A stretch of DNA of 64,000 nt from the human T2T-CHM13v2.0 reference genome, Homo sapiens. The stretch is from NCBI RefSeq assembly GCF_009914755.1, contig NC_060948.1; one strand, 5' to 3'. Shown one piece after another: positions 27,201 through 40,338 of the stretch (position 1 is its first letter; each line of letters opens with the position of its first letter). The notes under the pieces are model-generated. The model was not told the DNA's origin, made no database searches, and was given only the letters and a program-made list of their open reading frames with translations. The translations under genes were made by a program, and so were the position numbers.

Positions 27201-30200
27201 CCCTTCAGAGATTCTGCAAAAAGGGTGTTTTTAAACTGTTGAATCAAAAGAAAGGATTAACTCTGTAAGCCAAATGCAGACATCACAAAGCAGTTTCACA
27301 GATAGCTTCTTTTGAGTTTTTGTCATGGGATATTTCCAAACTGATGAATCAAAAGAAAGGTTTCATTCTGTGAGCTGAATCCACACATCACATAGCAGTT
27401 TCACAGATACTTTCTTTCTAGTTTTTATCATGAGATATTCGGTTTTTTACTGTAAGCCTCAATCCCCTCCAAAATTTCCATTTGCATATTCTACAAAAAG
27501 AGCCATTCCAATCTGCTGAATCAAAAGTAAGTTTTAACTCTGTGAGCTGAAGGTACACATCAGAAAGCAGTTTCACAGATAGCTTCTTTCTAGTTTTATC
27601 ATGGGATATTCTGTTTTTCACTACAGGTCTCAGTGGACTGAAATGTCCCCTGGCTGATTCCGCAATAAGGGTGTTTCCAAACTGCTTAATCAAAAGAAAG
27701 GTTCAACCCTGAAAGCTGAATCCACACATGAGAAAGCAGTTTCACAGATTTACAGTTTCACAGTTCCACAGTTTCTCATTTTCATTTTAGGATATATATT
27801 TTTTTCATATATTTGGTGCCTCAGTGGGCACCAAAATGTTTCTTTGCAGATACTATAAGAGGAATATTTTGAAACTGTTGAGTCAAACGTTACATTGAAA
27901 AATGCGAACTGAATGTGTATGTCACAAAGCAGTTTCACAGATAGCTTCTTTCTAGATGTTATTTTGGGATATTCAGTTTTTCACTATAGGCCTCAGTGAG
28001 GTCTGCAGTGTCACTTTGCAGATTCTACAAAAAGAGTGTTTCCAAACTGCTGAATCAAAATTAAGGTTGAAATCTTTGACATTAATGTACACATCACAAA
28101 GCAGTTTCACAAATAGCTTCTTCCCAGTTTTTATTTTGTGATCTGTTTTTCACTGTAGGACTTACTGTACCCCAAAATGTCGCTTTGTAGATTCTAGAAA
28201 AAGTGTTTCCAGTCTGCTGAATCAAAAGAAAGGTTTCACTCTGTGAACTGAATGCACACATCACAAAGAAGTTTGGTGGGTAGATTCTTTCTAGGATATT
28301 TTATTTTGTGATATTCAGTTTTTCACTTTTAGGACTCAGTGGGCTCTGAAATGTCCCTTTGCAGATTCTACAAAAAGAGTGTTTCAAAACTACTGAATCA
28401 AAAGTAAGGTTTAACTCTGTGAACTGCATGCACATGTCACAAAACACGTTCACAAATATCTTCTTTCTTGTTTTTATTTCAGGATACTTGGTTTTTCACT
28501 ACAGGGCTCTGTGGTCTCTAAATTGTTTCTTCACAGACTCTATAAAGAAGCTGTTTAAAAACATCTGATTCAAAAGGAAGATTCAACTTTGTGAACTGAA
28601 TGCACACATCAAAAGCAGTTTCACAAATATCTTCTTTCTAGGTTTTATCCAGAGATATTCAGGTTTTCACTATATGCCCCAAAGAGCTCCAAAACCCTTT
28701 GCAGATTCTACAAAAAGTGTGTTTCCAACCTGCTGAATCAAACAAAAGATTTCACTCTACGAGCTGAATGCATGCATCACAAAGAAGTTTCAAAGATAGC
28801 TTCTTCTAGGTTTTCATTGTGGTATATTCGGTTTTTCACTATAGGCCTCAATGCCCTCCAAATTGTCCCTTTGCAAATACTACAAAAAAGAGTGTTTCCA
28901 ACTTGCTGAATCAAAGGACAGGATTACCTCTGTGATCTGAATTCGCACGTCACAAGGTAGTTTCATGGATAGGTTTTTCTGTAGTTTTTGTCGTGGGATA
29001 TTCAGTTTTTCACTATATGCCTCAGTGCATTCCCAAATGTCCCTTTGCAGATTCTACACAATGAGGGTTTCCAAACTGCTGAATTAAAAGAAAGGTTTAA
29101 CTCTATGAGCTGAATCCACACATCACAAAGCAGTTTCACAGAAAGCTTCTTTCTAGTTTTTATCAGAAGATTTTTGGTTTTTCACTATAGGCCTCAATAC
29201 CCTCATAAATGTGCCTTCTCAGATTCTACAAAAAGAGTGCTTCCAAACTTCTGAATTAAAAAAAGAGAAAGGTTTCACTCTACGAGTTTAATGCACAAAT
29301 CACAAAACAGTTTCATTGACAGCTTCTTTCTAGTTTTTATCATGGGATATAGTGTTTTTCAGTACAGGCCTTCTGGGCCTTGAAATATCCTTTCACAGAT
29401 CCTACAAAAAGTGTGTTTTCAAATTGTTGAATCAAATGTAATGCTGTACACCACGAACTGAAAGCACACAACACAAAGGAGTTTCGCAGATAGTATCTTT
29501 CAAATTTTTATTTTGGGATATTCCATTTCTCACTATTTGCCTCAGTGGGCTCCTAAGTGTCGCTTCACAGATTCTACCAAAAGAGTGTTTCCAAACTGCT
29601 GAATCAGAAGTAAGGTTTAATTATCTGAGCAGAATTTATACATCACAAAGCAGTTTCACAAGTAGCTTCTTACTAGTTATTTTGGGATATTCTGTTTTTC
29701 ACTGTAGGCCTTACTATGCCTCAAAATGTCATTTTATAGGTACTGTAAAAAGAGGGTTTCCAATCTGCTGAATCAAAATAAAGGTTTCACTCTGTGAGCT
29801 GAACGCACACATCACAAAGGAGCTTCACAGATAGATTCTTTCTAGATTTTTTTTATGAGATGGAGTCTCACTCTGTCAACCAGGCTGGGGTGCAGAGGCT
29901 GGATCTTGGCACACTGCAACTTCTGCCACCCTGGTTCAAGTGATTCTCCAGCCTCAACGTACCAAGTAGCTGAGATTTAGGCTCCTGTCACTGTGCCCAG
30001 CTAATTTTTGTTTTTATACTAGTGACGGGGTTTCACCATCTTGGCCAGGCTTGTCTTGTACTCCTGACCTCGTGATCCACCCACACAGCATCCCACAATG
30101 CTAGGACTAGGGGCATAAGCCACGATGCGCAGTCAATTATTTTTCTAGTTTTAATAGTGGCATATTCATTTTTTCAGTATAGACCTCAATGCCCTTTGAA

Positions 30201-31971
30201 ATATCCCTTCACCGATTCTAGACAAAGAGTGTTCCCAAACTTTTGAATCAAAAGTTAAATTTAACTCTGTGAGCTGGATGCACACATCACAAAGCAATTT
30301 CACAAGTAACTTCTTACTAGTTTTTATTTTGAGATATTCTGTTTTTCACTGTAGGCCTTACTGCACCCCAAAATATCACTTTGTAGATTCTACAAAAAGG
30401 ATGTTTCCAATCTGCTGAATCAAAACAAAGGCTTAATTCTGTGAGCTGAATGCACACATCACAAAGCAGTTTCACAGATAGCTTGTTACTAGTTTTTATC
30501 CCGGGCTTTTCGGTTTTTCACTGTGGATCTCAATATACTCCAAAGTGTCTCTTGGTAGAGTTTAAAAATCAGTGTTTCCAAACTGCTGAATGAAAACAAT
30601 GGTTTAGCTCTGTGAGCTGAATGCACACATCACAAATCAGATTCAGAGATAACTTCTTTATAGTTTTTATTGTGAGATAATTGGTTTTTCACTATAGGCT
30701 TTACTGCACTCTGAAATGTCTCCTGCAGATTCTACAAAAAGAGTGTTTCCAAACTGCTGAATGAAAAAAAAAGGTTTAAATCTGTAAACTGAATCCATAC
30801 CTCACAAAGCAGTTTTACAGAGAGTTTCTTTCAATTGTTTATCAAGGAATATTTGATGCTTCACTATAGACTTCAATGCCCTCCCAAATGTCCCTTTGCT
30901 GAATCTACAAAAGGAGTGTTTCCAAACTGCTGAATCAATGGTAAGGTTTAACCCTGTGAGCTGAATGCACATATCAGAAAGAAGTTCTATGACAACTTCT
31001 CTCTACTTTTTGTTTAGGGATATTCGTTTTTTTGCTATAGGCCTTAATGCACTTTGAAATGTACCTTTGCAGATTCTACAAAAGAGTGTTTCCAAACAGC
31101 TGAATCAATGGGAAGGTTTAACTCTGAGCTGAATGCATACATCACAAAGCAGTTTTACAGATAACTTCTTTCCAGTTTTTGTCTGGGCATATTTGGTGTT
31201 TCATTATAGGCCTTGCTGTTCTCTGAATTGCCCCTCACAGATTCTACAAAAAGAGTGTTTCCAACCTGCAGAATCAAAAGATAGGTTTAACTCTGTGAGT
31301 TGAATGCACATATCACAAAACAATTACACAGATTTCTTCTTCGTAGTTTTTATCACAGAATATTCAGCTTTTCACTATAGGACTTACTGTGCACTGAAAT
31401 GTCCCTTCACTGATTCTACAAAAAGAGTGTTTCAAAACTGCTGAGTCAAAAAAACAGTTTAATTTTGTGAGCTGAATCGACACTTCATAATTCAGTTTCA
31501 CAGATAGCTACTTTCTAGATTTTATCACAAGATAGTCAAAATTTTTCCTATTTGCATGGTGGGCTCTGAAATGTCTGTTCTAGATTCTATAAAAGAGTGT
31601 TTCCCTACTGTGGAATAAAAAGAAAGGTTTAACTCTGTGAGCTGAATGCAGACACCACAAAGCAGTTTCACAGATAGCTTCTTTCTGGACTTTGTCACAA
31701 GATATTTTGTTTTTCACTATAGGGCATAGCAGGCTCTGAAATATCCCTTCATACAATCCACAAAAAGAGTAATTCCAAACTGCTGAATCAAAAGAAAGGT
31801 TTAACTCTGTGAGCTAAATCCACACAATACAAATAAGTTACACTGACAGCTATTTTCTGTTGTTTTTATTGTGGGATATTCTGTTACCACCATACGTCTT
31901 AACTGTGCTCTAAAGTATCTCTTTGCATAATCTACAAAAAGAGTTTTTCCATCTGCTGAATCAATAGAAAG

Positions 31972-31973
<2 letters not shown>
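24291..31973. repeat. Ancient monomeric alpha satellite, layer 2
   Basis: Units with GAGCTGAAT(G/C)CAC, CCAAACTGCTGAATC, frequent AAAAGTAAGG, TTTTCACTATAGGCC. Confidence 0.93.
29846..30134 (-). mobile_element. Alu (AluS-like) inserted in alpha satellite
   Basis: Antisense Alu; TTTCTAG(A/T)TTT on both flanks. Confidence 0.9.
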
Positions 31974-32004
<31 letters not shown>

Positions 32005-32119
32005 AGATGGATTATTGCTCTGTCACCCAGGCTGGAGTGCAGTGGTGCAATCTCGGCTCACCACAAGCTCTGCTTCACAGGTTCATGCCATTCTCCTCCC
32101 CCAGTCTCCCAAGTAGCTG
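31974..32119 (-). mobile_element. AluY-like right-arm fragment, cut mid-arm
   Basis: Poly-T, GAGATGG..CCCAGGCTGGAGTGCAGTGG..CAAGCTC..CCATTCTCC..CCCAAGTAGCTG, then abruptly satellite. Confidence 0.9.
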
Positions 32120-32864
32120 TTTTTCCCCTTAGGCCTCAGTGGCTCTCAAATGTCCCAGAGTGTTTCCAACCTGCTGAATCAGAAAAAGGTTTAACTCTGT
32201 GAGATGAATCCATACATCACATAGCAGTTTCAAGGATAGCTTCTCTCTAGTTTTTGTCTCAGGATATTCAGTTTTTCCCCATGAGCCACAGTGGGCTTCC
32301 AAATGCCCTTTTGCAATTTCTTCAAAAAGAGTTGTCTCCAACCTGCTGAAACAAAAGAAAGTTTTACCTCTGTGAGATAAATTTACACATCACAAAGCAG
32401 TTTCACAGAGAGATCCTTTCCAGTTTTTACCCCGGGATATTTGACTTTTCCCGATAGGCCTGAATGGAATCCCAAATGCCCCTTAGCAGATTCCTCAAAC
32501 CGAGTGTTTTCAAACTGCCGAATCAAAATAAATTTTTAACCCTGTGAGATTAATTAAAACATCACACAGCAGTTTCACAGAAAGCTACTTTCTAGTTTTT
32601 CTGGGGATATTCTGATTTTCCCCTTAGGCCTCAATGGACTGCCTAATGTCCATTTGCAGATTCTCCACAAAGAGCATTTCCAACCTGCTGAATCCACATA
32701 AAGTTTTAACTTTGTGAGTTGAATACACACATCACAAAGTAGTTACACAGGCAGCTTCTTTCTTGTTTTTATCTGGGGATATTGAGTTTTTCCCAAAAGG
32801 CCTCAGTGGACTTACAAAAGTTCCTTTGCAGATTCTCCAAGGAGATTGTTTCCAACTTGCTGAA

Positions 32865-35800
32865 CCATGAGCATGAAATGTTCCTCCATTTGTTTGTGTC
32901 CTCTTTCATTTCTTTGAGCAGTGCTTTGTTGTTCTCCTTGAAGAGGTCCTTCATGTCCCCTGGAAGTTGGATTCCTAGGTATTTTATCCTCCTTGAAGCA
33001 ATTGTGAATGGGGGTTCACTCATGTTTTGCCTCTCTGTTTGTCTGTTATTGGTGTATAGGAATGCTTGTGATTTTTGCCCTTTGATTTTGTATCCTGAGA
33101 CTTTGCTGAAGTTGCTTATCTGCTTAAGGAGATTTTGGGTTGGGACAGTGGAGATTTCTAAGTATAAAATCATGTGATCTGCAAAGAGGGACAATTTGAC
33201 TTCCTCATTTCCTAATTGAATACCCTTTATTTCTTTCCCCTGCCTGATTGTTCTAGCCAGAACTTCCAACACTATATTGAATAGGAGTGGTAAGAGGGTA
33301 TCCCTGCCTTGGGCCAGTTTTCAAAGTGAATGCTTCCAGTTTTTGCCCACTCAATAGGATATTAGCTGTGGGTTTGTCATAAATAGCTCTTATTATTTTG
33401 AGATATGTCCCATCAATACCTAGTTTATTGAGAATTTTTAGCATGAAGGGCTGTTGAAATTTGTGAAAAGTCTATTCTGCATATATTGAGACAATAATGT
33501 GGTTTTTGTCTTTGGTTCTCTTTATATGATGGATTACGTTTATTGATTCCCATATGATGAACAGCCTTGCCTCCCAGGGATGAAGCCAACTGGATTGTGC
33601 AGGATAAGCTTTTTGATGTGCCGCTGGATTCGGTTTGGCAGTATTTTATTGAGGATTATTGCTTCAATATTCATCAGGGATATTGGTCTAAAATTCTCTT
33701 TTTTTGTTATGTCTCTGCCAGGCTTTGGTATCAGGATGATGCTGGCTTCATAAAATGAGTTAGGGAGGATTCCCTCTTTTCGTATTGATTGGAATAGTTT
33801 CAGAAAGAATGGTATCAGCTCCTCTTTGTACCTTTGGTAGAATTCAGCTGTGAATCCGTCTGGTCCTGCACTTTTTTTGTTAGTAGGCTACTAATTATCG
33901 TCTCCATTTCAGAGCCTCTTATTGGTCTATTCAGGGATTCAACGTCTCCCTGGTTTAGTCTTGGGAAGGTTTATTGCCTATATTCGATTCTTCTCTTTTC
34001 TTCTGTATTAGTCTTGCTAGTGGTCTATCAATTTTGTTGATCTTTCCAAAAAAACCAGCTCCTGGATTCATTTATTTTTGAAGGGGTTTTTTTTAACGTC
34101 TCTATCTCCTTCAGTTGTGTTCTGATCTTAGTTATTTCTCAACTTCTGCTAGCTTTTGAATGTGTTTGTTCTTGATTCTCTAGTTCTTTTAATTGTGATG
34201 TTAGGCTGTCAATTTTAGGTCTTTCCTGCTTTCTCTTGTGGGATTTGGTGCTATAAATTTCCCTCTGCACACTGCTTTAAATGTGTCCCAGAGGTTCTAG
34301 TATGTTTAGTCTTTGTTCTGTTTGGTTTCAAAGAACATCTTTATCTCTGCCTTCATTTCATTATTTACCCAGCAGTCATTCAGGAGCAGGTTGTTCAATA
34401 TCCATGTAGTTGTGTGGTTTTGAGTGTGTTTCTTAATCCTGAGTTCTAATTTGATTGCATTTTCATCAGAGAGAGAGATTGTTATAATATCTGTTCTTTT
34501 ACATTTGCTTAGGAGTGCTTTACTTCCAACTATGTGGTCAATTTTGGAATAAGTGTGATGTGGTGCTGAGAAGAATGTATATTGTTTTGATTTGGGGTGG
34601 AGAGTTCTGTAGATGTCTACTAGGTCCACTTGGTCCACAGCTGAGTTGAAGTCCTGGTTATCCTTGTTAAGTTTCTGTCTTGTTGCTCTGTCTATTTTTG
34701 ACAGTGGGGTGTTACTGTCTCCCGTTATTATTGTGTGGGATTCTAAGTCTCTTTGTAGTCTCTAAGAACTTGCCTTATGAATCTGGTTGCTTCTGTATTG
34801 GATGCATATGTATTTAGGATAGTTAGCTCTTCTTGATGAATTGATCACTTTACCATTATGTAATGGCCTTCTTTGTCTCTTTTGATCTTTGTTGGTTTAA
34901 AGTCTGTTTTATCAGAGACTAGGATTGAAAACCCTGCTTTTTGTTTGTTTGTTTTCCATTTGCTTGGTAGGTCTTCCTCCGTCCGGTTATTTTGAGCCAA
35001 TGTGTGTCTCTGCATATGAGATGGATCTCCTGAATACAACACACTGATGGGTCTTGACACTATTCAATTTGCCAGTCTGTCTTTTAATTGGGGCATTTAG
35101 CCCATTTATATTGATGGTTAATATTGTTATGTCTGAATTTGATACTGTCATTAGTATGTTAGCTGGTTATTTTTGCTCGTTAGTTGATGCAGTCTCTTCC
35201 TAGTATTGATGGTCTACAGTTTAGCATGTTTTTGCAGTGGCTGTTACTGTTTGTTCCTTTTCATTATTAGTGCTTCCTTCAGGAGCTCTTGTAGGGCAGG
35301 CCTGGTGGTGACAAAATCTCTTAGCATTTGCTTGTCTGTAAAGGATTTTATTTCTCCTTCACTTATGAAGCTTAGTTTGGCTGGATATGAAATTCTGGAT
35401 TGAAAATTCTTTCCTTTAAGAATGTTGAATATAGGCCCCCATTCTCTTTGGCTTGTAGAGTTTCTGCCAAGAGATCAGCTGTTGGTCTGATGGACTTCCC
35501 TTTGTGGGAAACCCAACTTTTCTCTCTGGCTTCCCTTAACATTTTTTCCTTCATTTCAGCCTTGGTGAATCTGACAATTATGTGTCTTGTGTTTGCTCTT
35601 CTTGAGGAATATCTTTACAGCATTCTCCCTATTTCCTGAATTTGAATGTTGGTCTGCCTTGCTAGATTGGGGAAGTTGTCCCAGAAAATATCCTGCCTAG
35701 TGTTTTCAAACTTGGTTCCATTCTCCCTGTCACTTTCAGGTACACTAATCAGATGTAGATTTGGTCTTTTTTCATAGTCCCGTATTTCTTGGAGGCTTTA

Positions 35801-37268
35801 TTTGTTTCTTTTTACTCTTTATTTTCTAAACTTCTGTTCTTGCATTGTTTCATTAATTTTATCTTCTATCACTGATATGCTTTCTTCCATTTGATTGAAT
35901 CAGCTTTTGAAGCTTGTGCACGAATCACATAGTTCTCGTGCCATGGTTTTCAGCTCCATCAGGTCATTTAAGGTCTTCTCTATGCTGTTTATTCTAGTTA
36001 GCCAATCGTCTAATCTTTATTCTAAGTTTTAACTTCATTGCAATGTGTTCAAACATCCTTCTTTAGCTCGGAAAATTTGTTATTACCAATCTTCTGAAGC
36101 CTACTTCTGTCAACTCATCAAAGTCATTCTCCCTCCAGCTTTGTTCTGTTGCTGAGGAGGAGCTTGTTTTCCTTTGGAGGAGAAAAGACACTGATTTTTA
36201 GAATTTTCAGCTTCTTTGCTCTGGTTTCTGCCCATCTTTGTGGTTTTATCTACCTTTGGTTTTTGATGATGGTGAACTTCAGATGGGGCTTTGGCATGGA
36301 TGTTCTTTTTGTTGATGTTGATGCTATTCCTTTCTGTTTGTTAGTTTTCCTTCTAAAAGCCAGGGCCCTCAGCTTCAGCTCTGTTGGCCTTTGCTGGAAG
36401 TCTACTCCAGGTCCTCTTTGTCTGGGTATCACCAGTGGTGGCTGTAGAAGAGCAAATACTGCACAAAAAGAAATGTTGCTGCCTGATCTTTCCTCTGGAA
36501 GCTTCGTCTTAGAGGGGCACCCAGCTGTATGAGGTGTCAGTCAGCCCCTACTGGGAGTTGTCTCTCAGTTAGGCTACTTGGGGGTCAGGGAATGACTTGA
36601 GGAGGTAGTCTGTCCATTCTCAGATCCCAAACTTCATGCTGGAAGAACCACTACTCTCTTCAAGGCTGTCACACAGGGACTTATGTCTGCAGAAGTTTCT
36701 GCTGCCTTTTGTTCAGCTATATCCTGCCCCCAGTGGTGGAGTCCACAGTAGCAGGCAGGCCTCATTGAGCTGTGATGGGCCCCACCCAGTTTGAAGTTCC
36801 CAGCTGCTTTGTTTACCTACTGAAGCCTCAGCAATGGTGTATACCACTCCCTCAGCCTTGCAGTTGCCTTGCAGCTTGATCTTGGACTGCTGTGTTAGCA
36901 GTGAGCAAAGCTCTGTGGGTGTCAGACCCTCTGAGCCAGGAATGGAATGTAATTTCCTGTTGTGCCATTTGCTAAGACTGTTGGAAAAGTGCAGTATTAG
37001 GATGGGAGTGTCCTGATTTTTCAGTACCATCTGTCATGTCTTCCCTTGGCTAGGAAAGGGAATTTTGCGACCCCCTGTGCTTCCCAGGTGAGGCAATGTC
37101 CCACCCTTCTTCAGCTCACACTCCATGGGCTGCACCCACTGTCCAAAAGGCCCCAGAGAGATGAACCCAGTACCTCAGATGGAAATGTAGATATTACCTG
37201 TCTTCTGTGTCACTCTGGGAACTGTAGACTGGACCTGTTCCTATTCGGCCATCTTGGATCACTCCCTC
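32865..37268 (-). mobile_element. L1PA (L1PA5/6-like): complete 5'UTR, disrupted ORF1 (ATG ~36235) and ORF2 (ATG ~35151), 3' portion missing
   Basis: 5' end CCAAGATGGCCGAATAGGAACAG (reverse complement ~37235-37257); ORF fragments with EN ([13 protein letters not shown]) and RT ([14 protein letters not shown]) motifs; ends at WRNISCSW fused to satellite. Confidence 0.96.
37246..37256 (-). promoter_or_regulatory. YY1 site of the L1 internal promoter
   Basis: CAAGATGGCCG intact at the L1 5' end. Confidence 0.8.
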
Positions 37269-38373
37269 ACTTCTTTCTAGTTTTTAAATGGAGATGTTTC
37301 GTTTCTCCCCATATGCCTCAAAGGGCTCCCAAATGTTTTATTGCACATTCTCCTAAAAGAGGGTTTTCAACCTGCTGAATCAACAGAAAGCTTTAACTCT
37401 GTGGAATGAATCCACAAGTCACAAAACAGTTTCACAAATAGCTTCTTTCTAGTTTTTATCTCTTGAAATTATGTTTTTCTGCATAAAACTCAAAGGTCTC
37501 CCAAATATGCCTTCACAGATTCTCCAAAAACAGTGTTCCCAACCTGCTGAATAAAAAGGAAATTTTAATTCTGTGACATGAATCCAAATATCAGAAAGCA
37601 GTTTCACAGATAGCTTCTTTATAATTTTCACCTGGGGATATTCAGTTTCTCCCCAAGGACTCAATGGGCTCAAAAAGTCCCTTTGGAGATTCATTAAAAA
37701 GAGTGTTTACAACTTACTGAATCAAAAGGAAGGTTTAACTCTTTGAGATCAATCCAAATATTACAAAGCAGTTTCACAGATAGCTTCTTTCTAGTTTCTA
37801 TCTGAGGATACTTTGTTTTTCACTTATGCTTCAGTGAGCTCCAATATGTGCCTTTGCAGATTCCACAAAAAGAGTGTTTACAACCTGCTGAATGAAAAGA
37901 AAGGTTTAACTCTGTTAGATGAATCTACACATCAGAAAGTAGTTTTACAGAGAGATTCTAGTTTTTTTCTGAAGATATTTGTTTTTTTTCCCAGAGGCTT
38001 CAATGGCCTTCCAAATGTCTTTTTGCAGATTTTCCAAAAACAGTGTTTCTAACTTCTGAATCAAAAGGCAGCTTTAACCCTGTGAGATAAACCCCGATAT
38101 CACAAGGCAGTTTCACAGATAGCTACTTTCTAGTTTTTTTCTGGAGATATTCAGTTTTTCCTCATAGGCCTCAGTGCACTCTCAAATGTTTCATTGCAGA
38201 TTCTCCAAAAAGAGTGTTTCAAACCTGCTGAATCAAAAGAAAGTTTTATCTCTGTGAGGTGAATCCACACATCATAAAACAGTTCCACGGATAGCTTCTT
38301 TCTAGTTTTTACCTATGAATATAATGTTTTTCCCCATAGGTTTCAGCAGACTCCAAAATTTTCCTTCACGGAT

Positions 38374-39609
38374 CACTTTCTTGACTTGATAATCCAAAGT
38401 GGCCTTTTGAGCTGTGTCTTGCAAAAGGGTGACAAAATCTGGATAAAGCTCTCTTGGAGCCTGTTGAACTGAGTTAGAAGAAGGGTAAGTAGTACCAGGG
38501 TCATGAACTTTTTCGAGGCTCTTAGGCATATATTTCTGAGATGATCAACAGCTTCAACACCCATTACCATTGGTTGATTTCCAGTACCTCATGCCTGTCC
38601 AATTCCAAGCAATTGATCAGATGTGATATTAATGGGAGGTTAGGCTTGAGCATTTCTGCATGCCTGATTTGTTGCTTCATCCATCCACCAGGTTTTAAAT
38701 TACAGAAATTGAGAGAGGGACAGGGTTGATCAGGCTAATGACTTCTAATCCATATTAAATGTTGGTTATAAGCCACAGATTGTAATAAGGAATGAACATA
38801 GGAGAATTTGGTCCATATTGTCCAATTGATTGCTTTAAGTCTTTTAATATTTTAAGAGGAAACAGCTCCCAGTGTGCTTGAGCATGTTCTCTGGCCTCCT
38901 CCCTGAATCATAATTTGTATTTGGGTTGGCTTGGAGCATTCCTTTACCATAATTAACTGGTGGACAAGCCGCGATCATTCTCTCACTGTAATTGGCTGTT
39001 GGGCAAGCCTGAAGCTTCCCTTCACCATAGTTAATGGTGGGACATGCAACATTTAGAGTAGTAAGCCACATCTCAGGCTCCCTTTCCAAAAATTCATAAG
39101 GCTGAGGCAGGGGTGGCCATTCCAGGCCTTCCCTTAAAGGCACAGTAGGTGGTACTGTTTCTGCAGTAGTTGGAACTGTTCCTTTCTTAATTTTTTGGAG
39201 GTTAGCATATATAGCTTCCCATTTCTCCCCCTTTTTAAACCTAGACTGTGATGGTTCACTTTGCTGATCATCAGACTTCTGATTATTAAACTTTTCTACG
39301 TCATCCTGAAACTCCTACTCCTTCCTCCTCAGTGAGGAAGCACTTCAGTGCTGTTTTAGTTGCCAACCACACAGACCAAGTGGAGAAAGGAATGTTGTGG
39401 CTCTCTTGCTGTGCTGGTTTTAAGTCTGAACCAACCTTATACCAATCTTTTATATTCCTGGTGCCATATTCTGGGAACCAAGGAGAATACTCTTCTATGA
39501 GATGGAACAAAGATGTGAGATTTCAGGTACTCACAATTGTCCCACTGTGACACAATAACTGTGGCACCAGGCTTAAGTAATTAGTAAACTTACTTTCAGC
39601 CTGATCCAT
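38374..39609 (-). pseudogene. gag: HERV-K (betaretrovirus-like) gag remnant, MA to start of CA; probably HERV-K14C/HML-9
   Basis: ATG GAT CAG GCT GAA AGT AAG (MDQAESK, cf. MGQ.ESK); ORF 39301-39510 has SPWFPEYGT..KDWYKVG...WSVW; stops and frameshifts. Confidence 0.85.
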
Positions 39610-39742
39610 ATTTTCCTGAGGTTACCATGGAATTCTCCATAGATCCTGAAGTAAAAACGTACGTGGGTGTCCTTTGTCAGTCACGCTCCACTTTCCATGC
39701 TCTGGCATTTCTTCACTGGATTATTTGTAGATATTACAGGGA

Positions 39743-39760
39743 TACCTGCGTTGGGTGCCA
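39743..39760 (-). promoter_or_regulatory. Primer-binding site, tRNA-Lys type
   Basis: TGGCACCCAACGCAGG directly after the LTR end, similar to the tRNA-Lys(CUU) PBS TGGCGCCCAACGTGGGGC. Confidence 0.8.
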
Positions 39761-39762
39761 GA

Positions 39763-40338
39763 TATTGGGGAAACCAGCCCCGCACTACCCAGTGGGTACA
39801 CTGACTCTGGTGGAGAAAAAAGAGTTAGACAGAATAAGTGTTTAAAATGTGGGTCTAGGGGACTGGAGCATTGAAGGTTTGCTCACAGCCCAGAGCTCTC
39901 AGGCTCCACACAATCTATTGATATACAGGCTGTTCTTACAGCAGATGAGAGGGGGAGCAAGGAATGAAGAAAAGGATTAATCAGTGAAGGAGATCTTGTG
40001 AGTCATTTGATAAGACTACAGCAGTGGTGATTTCTATGTATTTCCTTGTGGAGAGGAGTGTGTCTAAACTACTTAAGATCTTTAACTTATTGGGACTGAA
40101 ACAGGTGGGAGCAGGTTTTAGGAGAAGCCCAGATGTTTGACTATACTCCACTGCTTCAAGGGAGTATTATCTCCCTGAGAAAACTGTGGAATGCTGCTGA
40201 GTGGTTATGCTCTAGAGGCATAAAAACCTGAAGGTAATAAGGAGACGTTTTTCCTCAGAGGCCACCCATGGCTTTCCATGGGTGTCTCACACAGGGAAGA
40301 CCAACACAACTGGCACCCCAGAAACTCTCTTTCCCACA
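39763..40338 (-). mobile_element. 5' LTR, LTR14-family (LTR14B/C-like), ~576 bp
   Basis: Begins TGTGGGAAAGAGAGTTTCTGGGGTGCCAG; ends GGGGCTGGTTTCCCCAATA before the PBS. Confidence 0.8.
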
